From positions 59,223 through 123,222 of IMG/VR virus record IMGVR_UViG_3300044977_000123: DNA of 64,000 nt; one strand, 5' to 3'. The notes beneath the pieces were generated by a model. That model was given only the letters and a program-made list of their open reading frames with translations, was not told the origin of the DNA and searched no databases. Below are positions 27,484-37,774 of the stretch, piece after piece (the stretch's first letter is position 1; every line of letters starts with the position of its first letter). The DNA is from a virus. Made by a program: the position numbers and the translations under genes.

Positions 27484-27933
27484 GTGGGTGTCGAGTGGGA
27501 AGGCATCGACGAGCTCCTCGACGCACTCTCGGCGATGACCGAACGCGTGTCAACGGCGACGCCGCGCGTCGTCGTTGCCGTCGGTGAACTCGTCAAGGAA
27601 CGAGGGCAGGCGAAGCTCGAACTGCAGACGCACGAGCGCGGAACGCCGACGCCGTCCGCGAAGGGCGACCCCCCCGCGAAGATCGACGGGACGCTTCGGG
27701 ACAGCTGGTACGTCACACCGCCTGCACCAACGGGCGCCAGTCGGTGGACCTCACTCACCGGCGCGACGACAATCTACAGCCGCATCCAGGAACTCGGGGG
27801 CTGGGCCGGCCGCGACCACGCGTCGTATCTGCCGCCGCGCCCCTATCTCAAGCCCACCTACGACGACCTGATCGCCTCCGGCGATGTGGGCGAGACCGCG
27901 GCCCGCATTTGGGGGCAGGCGATCACCGGGTGA
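27484..27933 (+). CDS. HK97 gp10-like neck protein
   Basis: WEGIDEL...DGTLRDSW...YSRIQELGG...PPRPYLKP. Confidence 0.8.
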   Translation: MGVEWEGIDELLDALSAMTERVSTATPRVVVAVGELVKERGQAKLELQTHERGTPTPSAKGDPPAKIDGTLRDSWYVTPPAPTGASRWTSLTGATTIYSRIQELGGWAGRDHASYLPPRPYLKPTYDDLIASGDVGETAARIWGQAITG

Positions 27934-28009
27934 ATTCCCCGGCATTGCCCGCATATTGCGGCGGCCAGCCCTAGGCTTCCGGACACCATCCGGACAGCAG
28001 GGGGCATCA

Positions 28010-28471
28010 GTGCAACCACCGCCAGCACCGATCACCGTCAGGGGCCTGAGAGGCGAGGTCATCTTCGACGGAACGACTGTGACCATGCGCCACTTCCTGG
28101 GCAGCCCGAACGCCCGCACTACAAACACCTTCACGCTCCAGCAGGTCAGCGGCGTCGAACTGCGGGTCGCGATCCTGTCGCGCTGCCTGTTCACGCTCGT
28201 CGTCCCCGGAGCCGTCGCATCGGGGCGCACCCGCAACGCAAACCGCAAGAGCCCGCTGACGCTGGAGTTCTGGCGCTGGCAGGCGGCATCGTTCGAGGAA
28301 TTGCGCGACGTCCTGGTAGCGGCCCTACGCACAGCACAGGCCCCAGCCACGCCAGTGCGCCCCGGGGCTTCGCTCGCGGACGAGCTCGACCACCTGTCGC
28401 GCCTCGCCGCAGCCGGCACCATCACTGCAGCCGAATACGCACAGGCCAAGGCTCGACTACTGGGCCCGTAG
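28010..28471 (+). CDS. PH-like (DUF4429-like) plus SHOCT domain protein
   Basis: GEVIFDGTTVTM N-terminus; C-terminal SLADELDHLSRLAAAGTITAAEYAQAKARLL (SHOCT); somewhat atypical codons. Confidence 0.7.
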   Translation: MQPPPAPITVRGLRGEVIFDGTTVTMRHFLGSPNARTTNTFTLQQVSGVELRVAILSRCLFTLVVPGAVASGRTRNANRKSPLTLEFWRWQAASFEELRDVLVAALRTAQAPATPVRPGASLADELDHLSRLAAAGTITAAEYAQAKARLLGP

Positions 28472-28529
28472 CCGCAGCGTGAACTGAACCCCGGCCATCG
28501 CGGCCACTTCCGAATCTGGAGGTGCTGCG

Positions 28530-31500
28530 GTGGCCGAGTCATTTCTCCCGCCCGTAGTAGCCACGCTGACTGCGGACATCGGCGACTTTCTGGAGCAGAT
28601 GACTGCGGCGAAGGAGGCGCTGGCCGGACTGGCGGAAGGCGCTGCCCCCCTTGGGGATATGTCCGCGGCCTTCGCGGACGTCGGCTCGAGCGCCGAGAAG
28701 ATGGCGGCTTCGCTGGATACGTCGTCGACCCTCGCCGCCGACAGCTTCAAAATCATCCTCGACGCCGCCACCGAGTTGGGCGAGGGCATCCAGGAGCCGC
28801 TTGCCGCCGTGGAGTCCTCGGTGCGCGGCGTCGCTACGGAACTGCGTTCTCTGGCCACGGCTACGGACGGCCTGGAGGGCACGTCGACCGCCGCCTTCGA
28901 GGAGGTCACCGAGGCCGCGCAGCAGATGGCCGTCGGGGTCACCGAGTCGGCGAACTTGGCACGCGAGTCAGTGGTCGGCCTGTCGATGGGCTTCGATGCG
29001 GCGGCCGGCGCGTCCGCTGCTGCCGCAACCGACATCACCGCGTCGGCCACGGAAGCCACGGCCGCAGCCTCAGAGACCGGCGAGGCAGCGGCCTCCGCAG
29101 CAAGTGAGTCCGGCGCCGCCATGGAAGAGACCGCCGGGGGCCTGTCCAAATTCGTTCTGGGCTTGGCTGCAACGGGGATCGGCGTGTTCGAGGCCGTCAA
29201 GGGCGCGACTGCCTTCAATGCGCAGATCACGACCCTGAACACTCAAGCAGGGGTCAGCAAGAGCCAACTGGCCTCCCTTGGCAGCGGTGTCTTGTCGCTC
29301 GCGGCGCAGGTAGGGCAGTCCCCGGACTCTCTCGCCGAGGCGCTCTACCACGTCGAGAGCTCCTTTGCCTCGACCGGCATCACCGGCGCCGACGCCCTGA
29401 ACCTTCTGAAGACCGCAGCCGAGGGCGCAACCGTCGGCCACGCCGACCTCGTCGACGTGACCAACGCCCTCGATGCTGCGGTCGCGAGCGGGATCCCCGG
29501 TGTCCAGAACTACGGCCAGGCGATGGGCGCTGTCAACGCGATCGTCGGCTCCGGCGACATGACCATGCAGGACTTCAGCGACGCACTCGGCACCGGTGCC
29601 GTCGCCGCAGTCAAGGGATACGGCCTCAGCCTCACGGATGTTGGTGCCGCTCTGGCGCTCTTCGGCGACAACAACATCCGCGGGGCGAAGGCGGGCACCG
29701 AGCTGCGGATGATGGTGCAGGGCATGTCGTCGCCGCTGGCCACGGCAGGTGCGGAGCTGAAGACGCTCGGCATGACGCAGAACACGCTCGCCGACGACAT
29801 GCAGAAGGGCGGGTTGAAGCTCGCCGTCAACGACCTGGCGACGCACCTGAAGGACGCGGGGATCACCGGGACGCAGGTCGGACAGGTCCTGACTGAGGTC
29901 TTCGGAAAGAAGGCCGGCGTCGGCATCCAGATCGCCGAGGAGCAACTGGAGCGATTCAACTCGAAGTACCCGGCCATTGAGGCGGGTGCGCAGAACTTCG
30001 GGAGCGCCTGGAAGACATCCACGCAGACGCTGGGCGTGCAGTTCGACCAGTTGAAGTCCGGCCTTGAGGCCATGGGCATCAAGATCGGCACGGTGCTGCT
30101 GCCGCCGCTGACGAAGTTCGTGGGATGGGTCCGCGACGGCGTCGTGTGGATCACCCGGCACAAGCTGGCGCTGGACGGCCTGATGCTCGTCATCGGGGCG
30201 GCCCTGGTCCCGGCCCTGTGGGCTGCAGTGACGGCGATGGTGGCCTTCACGGTTTCCCTGGTCACCAATCCGATCTTCCTGATCGCACTCGCCATCGGCC
30301 TACTGGCCATCGGGATCTACGAGCTCGTGACCCACTGGAAGACCGTGTGGGGCGAGATTGAGCGGATCAGTGCGGACGTTGGGCACTTCGTTGCGCACGT
30401 CTGGGACAACGTCGCGGGCTGGTTCGTGAGTGCCTGGAAGTCGATCCTCGGGGCGCTGAAGACCGCCTGGGGCGCCATCGAGGGGGCGTGGAACGACACG
30501 GGCGGCAAGGCGATCTCGTGGATCGCCAAGACCTGGGACAAGCTCACCGCGCCGATCGTCAAGGAGTGGAACCACATCATCGGCGACCTGGAGTCGATCT
30601 GGTCGTCGATCACCACAATCTGGGATGCCACGGGCGGCAAGCTCATCTCGTTGATCCACAAGGACTGGGGCAGCATCTCTGGCTTCTTCCAGAAGGTTTG
30701 GTCCGAAGTCCTTGGTGTACTGAAGATCTACTGGTCGCTGATATCCGGCCTCCTCAAAGCGGCTTGGTCCGTCATATCCGGGGACCTCAAGGCCGGATGG
30801 GACACCGTCATCGGCCTCTTCCGCATGGCCTGGGATATTATCTCCGCAAACGCGACGGCCGCCTGGGACATCGTCGCGGGAATCTTCAAGGCTGCGTTCG
30901 ATCTGATCACCGGCATCGTGAAGGCCGGATGGGACGTCGTCAAAGGCATCTTCGAGATTGTCTGGGACGTCATCACCGGGCTGATCAACACGGCTCTCGA
31001 CTACATCACCGGACTCTTCAAGATCTTCGCGGATCTCGTCACCGGCAACTGGTCCAAGCTCTGGCACGACGTGCAGTCCCTTTTCAGTACCGTTTGGGAC
31101 GACATCAAGGGGATCTTCGGCAGCGTCCTCAGCGACATCGGCCGCATGGTGTCCGGTGCGGCCAAGTCGATCTGGAGCGGATTCATCGGAGCGATCTCCG
31201 CGGCCGTCGGCGGCATCGTCGGGGCCTGCAAATCCGTGTGGAACGGCATCGTTAACTTCTTCTCCGATGCCGGAACGTGGCTCTGGGACGCGGGCGAGAA
31301 CATCATCAAGGGCCTCATCGGCGGCGTCACGAACATGATCGGCGGCATCGGCAATGCAATGAGCGGCATCGTCAGCGAGGTCAAGTCGTTCCTGCCCTGG
31401 AGTCCCGCGAAGAAGGGCCCGCTTTCAGGCGGCGGATCCCCGCAGATCGGCGGCCGGAACATCGTCAAGCAGATCGCACAGGGCCTCGTCGGCGGAACCG

Positions 31501-31754
31501 CGGACATCACCGCCGCGATGGCGCACGTCACCGCCGCGGCATCCGGGTCACTCGCGGTCCGGATGCCCGCGATGGCCGGCGCCGGAGCTGGCGGCGGAGC
31601 CATGGCCAGCGCAGGTGCGGCGACGGTCAACAACGTGACGGTGAACGTCGCCGGGACTGTCAAGTCCGAACGGGACCTGCGGGACCTGATCCAAACCCAG
31701 ATGCTGCAGCTCGGCTCCCGCAACTCGCAGACGTGGCAGTCGTACCGGCGCTGA
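28530..31754 (+). CDS. Tape measure protein
   Basis: 1074 aa helical, TP901-type core (GAKAGTELR), hydrophobic segments, 11-aa Trp periodicity, LPWSPAKKGPLSG. Confidence 0.95.
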   Translation: MAESFLPPVVATLTADIGDFLEQMTAAKEALAGLAEGAAPLGDMSAAFADVGSSAEKMAASLDTSSTLAADSFKIILDAATELGEGIQEPLAAVESSVRGVATELRSLATATDGLEGTSTAAFEEVTEAAQQMAVGVTESANLARESVVGLSMGFDAAAGASAAAATDITASATEATAAASETGEAAASAASESGAAMEETAGGLSKFVLGLAATGIGVFEAVKGATAFNAQITTLNTQAGVSKSQLASLGSGVLSLAAQVGQSPDSLAEALYHVESSFASTGITGADALNLLKTAAEGATVGHADLVDVTNALDAAVASGIPGVQNYGQAMGAVNAIVGSGDMTMQDFSDALGTGAVAAVKGYGLSLTDVGAALALFGDNNIRGAKAGTELRMMVQGMSSPLATAGAELKTLGMTQNTLADDMQKGGLKLAVNDLATHLKDAGITGTQVGQVLTEVFGKKAGVGIQIAEEQLERFNSKYPAIEAGAQNFGSAWKTSTQTLGVQFDQLKSGLEAMGIKIGTVLLPPLTKFVGWVRDGVVWITRHKLALDGLMLVIGAALVPALWAAVTAMVAFTVSLVTNPIFLIALAIGLLAIGIYELVTHWKTVWGEIERISADVGHFVAHVWDNVAGWFVSAWKSILGALKTAWGAIEGAWNDTGGKAISWIAKTWDKLTAPIVKEWNHIIGDLESIWSSITTIWDATGGKLISLIHKDWGSISGFFQKVWSEVLGVLKIYWSLISGLLKAAWSVISGDLKAGWDTVIGLFRMAWDIISANATAAWDIVAGIFKAAFDLITGIVKAGWDVVKGIFEIVWDVITGLINTALDYITGLFKIFADLVTGNWSKLWHDVQSLFSTVWDDIKGIFGSVLSDIGRMVSGAAKSIWSGFIGAISAAVGGIVGACKSVWNGIVNFFSDAGTWLWDAGENIIKGLIGGVTNMIGGIGNAMSGIVSEVKSFLPWSPAKKGPLSGGGSPQIGGRNIVKQIAQGLVGGTADITAAMAHVTAAASGSLAVRMPAMAGAGAGGGAMASAGAATVNNVTVNVAGTVKSERDLRDLIQTQMLQLGSRNSQTWQSYRR

Positions 31755-31822
31755 CCCGCTTCAGACCGAGTCCGTGGCCTTGAACCGAGGGGTGCCACCG
31801 GGCACCGGATTGGCGGTGCCCG

Positions 31823-34800
31823 GTGAGCGGCCCCAAGCTCTCGACCCTGAGCGACCCGTTCAACAGCGGCACGATCAACACCACGTTGTGGAACAGCATC
31901 ACCGCAGGCACAGCCAGCCTGGACACGGTCAACGACCTGGTCGTGCTGGCTCAGCCGACGGTGTCCGGCACCGTGAACACGTTCGGGTCGAACACGGTCT
32001 ACGACGCGACGAGCAGCCAGGTATACGCCCAGGTGGCCCCGGTTGCGAACGGCGCCGGCGGCACGAACACGGTCTTCAAGCTGACCGTGGACGCCAACGA
32101 CAGCGTCGCGATCCGACTGGCCGCAGGCGTGTTCGAGGTGACGCTGCAGACGGCAGGCGTGACGGTCACCTCGACCCTGGCGACGTACAGCCCGGATGCG
32201 CACCGCTGGTGGCGGCTGCGGGAGTCCAGCGGCACCATGTACGCGGACTTCAGCCAGGACGGCTTCAACTGGTCGACGCTGTGGTCGAGCACCTATACGT
32301 GGTCGGCGACGGCGGTCACATTCGCCTTTCAGGCAAAGGCGACCGCAACGGAAGTCGCGGGGAACTACGCCACGATCCAGCACGTCAACACGATGCTCGG
32401 CGGCCCAGCGAACATGAACTGGCCGCTGGTGGAGGACGGCTGGGCGCCGATCTGGAACTGCAACGGCGGCGACCTGCCGCTGGACCAGTACGTGGCGCTG
32501 ACGTCCCGCGTGCTGCAGCAGTCGTCCGTCAGCCGGGGGCGCCAGTACGAGTTGGACCAGGTCCGTGCCGGCGAGACGAGTGCGGTGCTGTCGAACACGG
32601 ACGGCCTGCTGGATCCGACGAACTCGTCCGGCCCGTACTACGGGCACATTCAGCCATACCAGCCGTGGCGGCGCCGCTGCCAGTGGCCTCCGACGCGGAA
32701 CCTGCTGTCGCAGGTCCAGGCGACGGGCGGTGATCTGGGAGGCCAGCCGCTCGGCGTGATCAACGGCAGCAACTCGGGTCCGGACATCTTCTCCTCGACG
32801 GACCCGACGGGTGGCAGTTTCGTGGCGTCGGCGAGTGCCTGGCAAGGGGGAACCGTCATCCAGATGGCGGTCCCAACGACGGCAACGGCGATGACGAGCG
32901 CCTGCTACACCAAGCAGGCCGCGGTGTCGATCGGAACGACGTACTCGGCGTCGGTGTGGGTCCGGAACGTCACGCCGAGTACTACGGTGCAGGTCGCGGC
33001 GGCATTCCGGTGGAACAGCGCAGCGAATGTGATCACCTCGACATCGGCGGGTACGACGACGACGCTGACGGGATCCGCCACAGCGGGCTGGACACAGCTC
33101 ACGGTGACGGGCACTGCGCCTGCGGGTACCGCATACGCGACCTGCAGCGTTCTGCTGGTCACCGTTCCGGCGGCGGCTTGCAGCGTGCAGGTCGACGGCT
33201 GGCAGATGGAGCAGGCCGGCGTGCCATCGACGTGGACGTGCCCGGGGACGTGGTACGGCCTGTTCGCCGGGTTCACCGAACAATGGCAGTCGAGCTGGAC
33301 GATGGGCGGCACGTACGGCCTCGTCACACCGACCGGCGTCGATGCGATGGCGCTGCTGTCGCAGGTGACACTGGCTGCGCCGATCACCGAGGAGGTCAAC
33401 GCGGCCGCGCCGCGATTCCTGTACGACCTCAGCGACCCTGCAGGCAGCGCGTACGCGACCGACCAGACGGGCAACTGCCCACCGGCGGCGGTCAGCAGCG
33501 GCAAGTACGGCTCCGGGTCCTGGGTGTTCGGTACGTCGATCACGGCCGCGAACCTGGCAACGGGCGTCTACATCGGCTCCGGGGGCACGGTCGCGACACT
33601 CGCGAACCCCAATCCGGGAACGAATCTGATCGACGGGGCGACGTACCTGTCGCTGGGATCGGCGGGTATCACGGGCCCGGCGAACCCGGGCCTGTGGACG
33701 CGGATGATCGCGTTTCGGTACACCGGGCCAACGCCGACATCGAGGGCGTACATCTGGTCGGCGATGGACAGCCAGCGGTCCGGCGGCTTTCCGTCTGGGT
33801 CGCAGATCCTGGTATACCTGGACACGACCGGGAAACCGGTCCTCTTCCTGCAGGGCCCCGGCGGCGTCAATGTCAGTACCTATTTCGGCGGCGCGACGGA
33901 CTGCGCCGACTCGAACTGGCATCTCCTCGTGTTCGGCTGGGACCAAGCGACGGGCTCGGTCGTGGCGTCGCAGGACGGCTCGACGTCGGCGTACCTCGGC
34001 CCGTACGGGTCCACGCTCACCCCGACCGGCCTGATCGCGGACAACGTCGGCGGCTGGGTCGACGTGACGGTCGGGAACGGCACGGCGTGGAACTACGCGG
34101 GTGATCTGAGCTACGCCTGCGAGTGGCCGACGTTCGACGGCACCGGCACAATGATTACCGAGTTGTATGCGGCATGGCGGTCAGCATGCGCGGGCGAGTC
34201 GAGCAATGCCCGGTACTCGCGGATCCTGCGGTATGCGGGATACATCGGCCAGACGAACATCCAGACGGGCGTCACCATGGATATGGGCCCCGCCACGGAC
34301 CTGGCCGGCTCCGATGCCCTGTCATGCCTGCAGGGTGTTGTCGACACGGAAAACGGCGCCCATTTCGTCGACCGGTACGGCACGGTGACGTTCCAGTCGC
34401 GGGCGAACCGCTACAACGCGACGGTGCCCGCGTACACATTCGGCGAGAACACGGCGGCTGGCGAGTGGCCCTACGAGGACTGCCAGATCGTGCTTGATCC
34501 CACGCACATCTCCAGCCTCGTACAGATCACGCAGAACTCCAGCAACCAGGTGTTCGCAGCCCAGGACAAGACGTCGGAAGTCGACTACTTCCCGAGGACG
34601 TTGACGCGGACGATCAACGCCGGGTCGACACTGGAGTGCCAGGCGGCGGCTGACTACCTGCTCAGCAGGTACAAGCAGCCCGCATCCCGAATCAGTTCTC
34701 TGGTGCTGCATCCGTCCGCGAACCCAGCGATGTGGCCGATGTGCCTGTCGCTGGAGCTGTCGACGCGGATCGCCGTGAACAGGCGGCCGCCATCCGCGCC

Positions 34801-35254
34801 GGAGATCAGCCTGCAGCAGTTCCTCGAGAACATGCAGTGGTCCTGGGACGACACCGGCGAGGCGACACTGACCCTGCAGGCGTCGCCAGTCGACCTGACG
34901 CCATACCAGGTGTTCACGGCGTTCCGGACGACGCTCAACGCGTCGATCGCGCCGGGCGCCACCAGCATCACGATCAACGCTGGGCTCGACAACACGAACC
35001 TCGCGGCGGCGCAGATCCCGTCCGGGCTGCAGCTCGTCCTCAGCCAGAACACCGCGAACGCCGAGACCGTGACAGTGAACCGCGTCGCAGCAACATCAAG
35101 CGGCTGGACAACGTGCGTCATCACCCTCGCGTCGGCGACGGCCAACTCCCACAGCGCCAACGACATCGTGTGCGAAGTCCTGCCGTCCGGCGTCACCAAC
35201 CCGGGCACATGGGACGCCTCGGCTGCCTTCGACGAGACGAACTTCGCCTACTAG
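31823..35254 (+). CDS. Large tail tip/baseplate protein with CBM- and LamG-like domains
   Basis: SVSRGRQYELDQVRAG...LSNTDGLLDP, DSNWHLLVFGWD, ENGAHFVDRYGTVTFQSR hub motifs. Confidence 0.85.
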   Translation: MSGPKLSTLSDPFNSGTINTTLWNSITAGTASLDTVNDLVVLAQPTVSGTVNTFGSNTVYDATSSQVYAQVAPVANGAGGTNTVFKLTVDANDSVAIRLAAGVFEVTLQTAGVTVTSTLATYSPDAHRWWRLRESSGTMYADFSQDGFNWSTLWSSTYTWSATAVTFAFQAKATATEVAGNYATIQHVNTMLGGPANMNWPLVEDGWAPIWNCNGGDLPLDQYVALTSRVLQQSSVSRGRQYELDQVRAGETSAVLSNTDGLLDPTNSSGPYYGHIQPYQPWRRRCQWPPTRNLLSQVQATGGDLGGQPLGVINGSNSGPDIFSSTDPTGGSFVASASAWQGGTVIQMAVPTTATAMTSACYTKQAAVSIGTTYSASVWVRNVTPSTTVQVAAAFRWNSAANVITSTSAGTTTTLTGSATAGWTQLTVTGTAPAGTAYATCSVLLVTVPAAACSVQVDGWQMEQAGVPSTWTCPGTWYGLFAGFTEQWQSSWTMGGTYGLVTPTGVDAMALLSQVTLAAPITEEVNAAAPRFLYDLSDPAGSAYATDQTGNCPPAAVSSGKYGSGSWVFGTSITAANLATGVYIGSGGTVATLANPNPGTNLIDGATYLSLGSAGITGPANPGLWTRMIAFRYTGPTPTSRAYIWSAMDSQRSGGFPSGSQILVYLDTTGKPVLFLQGPGGVNVSTYFGGATDCADSNWHLLVFGWDQATGSVVASQDGSTSAYLGPYGSTLTPTGLIADNVGGWVDVTVGNGTAWNYAGDLSYACEWPTFDGTGTMITELYAAWRSACAGESSNARYSRILRYAGYIGQTNIQTGVTMDMGPATDLAGSDALSCLQGVVDTENGAHFVDRYGTVTFQSRANRYNATVPAYTFGENTAAGEWPYEDCQIVLDPTHISSLVQITQNSSNQVFAAQDKTSEVDYFPRTLTRTINAGSTLECQAAADYLLSRYKQPASRISSLVLHPSANPAMWPMCLSLELSTRIAVNRRPPSAPEISLQQFLENMQWSWDDTGEATLTLQASPVDLTPYQVFTAFRTTLNASIAPGATSITINAGLDNTNLAAAQIPSGLQLVLSQNTANAETVTVNRVAATSSGWTTCVITLASATANSHSANDIVCEVLPSGVTNPGTWDASAAFDETNFAY

Positions 35255-35316
35255 CCCACCTCTTCGGCCCCGCGCGAGCACTGCTCCGCGGGGCCTTGGC
35301 ATGCCCGGAGGCCCCC

Positions 35317-35868
35317 GTGCCGAATCTCCCTGTCCCGACGTTCGCGACCGAGGTTCCGGGCGATCTGTCGACGTCGGCCCTGTACAACGCCGTCGGTTCC
35401 GCTGGCGTCGGCTTCACGATCGCCGTGCCGATCGCGTCGCTCTACCAGACCGTCACGCAGTCGCTCGCGACGAACACCAATACCGCGATCACGTTCGACT
35501 CCGAGTCCGCCGACACCTATGGCGGGCACTCCACCACCAGCAACACGTCCCGCTACGTCGCGCAGATCGCGGGCTACTACGCGATCATCGGAACGATCTG
35601 CTACGCGTTCAACGCGACGGGCTGGCGCAACTGCACCATCGCGAAGAACGGCAGCCTGACGGCCGTGAACGGCGGCTGGGGCGTCGCCCAAGCCACGTCC
35701 AGCACCGGCGCCCTCTCCGGTGTCACCGCCGTCGGCGTCGTCTACATGAACGGGTCCGGGGACTATGTCGAGATCTACGGCGACCAGAACAGCGGCTCCA
35801 CCGTCGCCACGGCCGTCGGCGCGACGATCCAGCAGTGCAGCATGACGCTCTGGTGGATGCATTCGTGA
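35317..35868 (+). CDS. Minor tail protein (C1q/TNF-like beta sandwich)
   Basis: AITFDSE..DT...SRYVAQIAGYY...GDYVEIY. Confidence 0.75.
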   Translation: MPNLPVPTFATEVPGDLSTSALYNAVGSAGVGFTIAVPIASLYQTVTQSLATNTNTAITFDSESADTYGGHSTTSNTSRYVAQIAGYYAIIGTICYAFNATGWRNCTIAKNGSLTAVNGGWGVAQATSSTGALSGVTAVGVVYMNGSGDYVEIYGDQNSGSTVATAVGATIQQCSMTLWWMHS

Positions 35869-35913
35869 TAGGCGCTCCATCGATCAGCGTCACGGCAGGT
35901 GAAGGGGGGCGGC

Positions 35914-36315
35914 GTGCCGGATGGGGTCACTCCTGGCGAGTTGGACCGCAGGCTCCGTGATCACGAGCAGCGTACGGACCGGGTGCACGGCGAGTTGGAT
36001 TCGCGGATCACGGGTGTGGCCCGCGACATGGTGCCGCTCGCGGTGTACCAGACGGCGGAGCGGGCGCGGGATGCGCAGCTGCGCCGGATCGAGCAGGAGC
36101 AGGCGGCGACTGCCTCGCGGCTGCAGCGGGAGATCGAGCAGAGCGTTCAGCACGTGGTCGACAACATGATCAAGCCGCTGGAGGTTCGCCAGACGGCGAC
36201 GGAGCAGCGGCCGTCGATGACAGCAGGCCGGTGGGCTGCGGTGATCCTCGCGGTCGCGGCGGTGCTGACGCTCGTGGTGACGGTGTACGGGACGCTGAAG
36301 GGGGCGGGTAAGTGA
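35914..36315 (+). CDS. Coiled-coil membrane protein (holin-like)
   Basis: C-terminal [21 protein letters not shown]; start of lysis cassette. Confidence 0.65.
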   Translation: MPDGVTPGELDRRLRDHEQRTDRVHGELDSRITGVARDMVPLAVYQTAERARDAQLRRIEQEQAATASRLQREIEQSVQHVVDNMIKPLEVRQTATEQRPSMTAGRWAAVILAVAAVLTLVVTVYGTLKGAGK

Positions 36316-37058
36316 CGATCCCTGATGCCGTCAGGCCGAGGAAGCCGCGGCGGGAGACTCTCGCGATCGGGGGCAGCCTGGTCCTGCTGCTGCTCCTGGT
36401 GGGTGTGACGATCTGGGCGCTGCGCGTGGCGTCGGATGCGGAGCATCGCGCGGAGGCGAGCCAGTCGGCTGATGCTGCGGCGATCAGCCAGCTGTCGACG
36501 GCTCTGGATCAGACGCGGACGCAGCTGCAGGAGCATGGCGTGACGCCGAAGGCACCACCCCCGGCGACGATCATCCAGGCGATTCCGGGGGCTGCGGGCG
36601 CGGTCGGGCCTGCGGGTCCGGCGGGGAGTCCAGGCGCGGCTGGGGCGACAGGTCCCGTCGGGCCTGCGGGCGTCCAGGGCAAGACCGGGGCCACCGGCGC
36701 GACCGGCTCGACGGGTGCCACTGGGGCAACGGGCTTGGCCGGCGCCACGGGCCCCGTGGGGCCGGCTGGCGCGACTGGCGCTCAGGGCCCGTCCGGCACA
36801 CCGGGATCCCAGGGGCCCGCGGGTCCGCCTCCGTCGTCGTGGACGTGGTCCTGGACGGATTCGTCGGGCACGACGCACACGTACGCCTGCACGCAGACCG
36901 CGTCGGGTGCGACGACGTACAGCTGCACGGAGACCGGGACGTCCACGCCGTCGTCGCCGCCGAGCCCCAGTCCGTCACCGTCGCCGTCCGCATCGACGGC
37001 GCCGGCGCAGCAGGCGGCGAAGCGCGGCAACACGATCGTCTCGACCGGCCCGAAGTAG
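36312..37058 (+). CDS. Membrane-anchored collagen-like protein
   Basis: N-terminal TM, coiled coil, 27 uninterrupted GXY triplets, two-Cys C-terminal domain. Confidence 0.85.
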   Translation: MTIPDAVRPRKPRRETLAIGGSLVLLLLLVGVTIWALRVASDAEHRAEASQSADAAAISQLSTALDQTRTQLQEHGVTPKAPPPATIIQAIPGAAGAVGPAGPAGSPGAAGATGPVGPAGVQGKTGATGATGSTGATGATGLAGATGPVGPAGATGAQGPSGTPGSQGPAGPPPSSWTWSWTDSSGTTHTYACTQTASGATTYSCTETGTSTPSSPPSPSPSPSPSASTAPAQQAAKRGNTIVSTGPK

Positions 37059-37113
37059 TCAACCCTCCTCCCCGACGCTCCCCGTCGGGCCTCACCCATG
37101 CCCGGAGAGCCAC

Positions 37114-37512
37114 ATGTCCGATGCCCAGCCCGCTGCAGCGCCGGGTCTGATCGCCCGTTTCAATGAGAGCTTTGCCCGTCACGCCACTCTGGTGTTCGGG
37201 ACGATGGGCATGTTCTACGTGTTCGCCCTGTACTCGCTGCTGCCGATCGCCGACCCGAAGCACCAGGTGACGTACCTGCTCTGGAGCAACGCGGCGCAGC
37301 TCGTTGCACTCCCGTTGATCATGGTGGGGACGAACATCCTCGGCCGTGACTCCGAGCGCCGTGCCGCCGAGACGCACGACGCGGTGATGGAGGAGTTGGC
37401 GATCCTGCGCCGCGAGCACGCCCAGTCGGCGCAGCAAACTGCCGAGCTGCATGCCCTGACCGTCGAGGGGCGTCTTCCGGAGCGTGCGATCCGTCCGGAC
37501 GGCACCGAGTGA
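37114..37512 (+). CDS. DUF1003-like two-TM membrane protein
   Basis: FGTMGMFYVF...QLVALPLIMVG.N...AAETH. Confidence 0.65.
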   Translation: MSDAQPAAAPGLIARFNESFARHATLVFGTMGMFYVFALYSLLPIADPKHQVTYLLWSNAAQLVALPLIMVGTNILGRDSERRAAETHDAVMEELAILRREHAQSAQQTAELHALTVEGRLPERAIRPDGTE

Positions 37513-37703
37513 CTCCGGTCGCGATGGTGTCGCTGCTCGTCGGCGTCGCGACGATCCTCGTCCTGGTCGGCAAGGTCGGGCGCTGGATGGGCACCGTCGA
37601 GGAGCATCTGCAGCGCCAGGACGAGGCCCTCGCCGCACAGGACAAGACCCTGGCCGCACAGGACACGGTCCTCGACGAACTGCGCGAACGCCAACCTCGC
37701 TGA
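37509..37703 (+). CDS. Small TM plus coiled-coil protein (holin-like)
   Basis: N-terminal TM; QDEALAAQDKTLAAQDTVL heptads. Confidence 0.65.
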   Translation: MTPVAMVSLLVGVATILVLVGKVGRWMGTVEEHLQRQDEALAAQDKTLAAQDTVLDELRERQPR

Positions 37704-37774
37704 CGCCCCCGATCTTCCGCCCCGTGCCTGCTGGCCGGGGCTTTCTGCTGTCCACCCTCGCCCCGGAGGCCTTC

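Noticed and set aside
30300-31300. Regular Trp/Phe-spaced repeats
   Set aside because: Ordinary 11-aa periodicity of tape measure proteins.
36590-36830. Short tandem GC-rich DNA repeats, possible CRISPR or VNTR
   Set aside because: Explained by collagen GXY codons; I found no repeat-spacer array or cas gene anywhere in the window.
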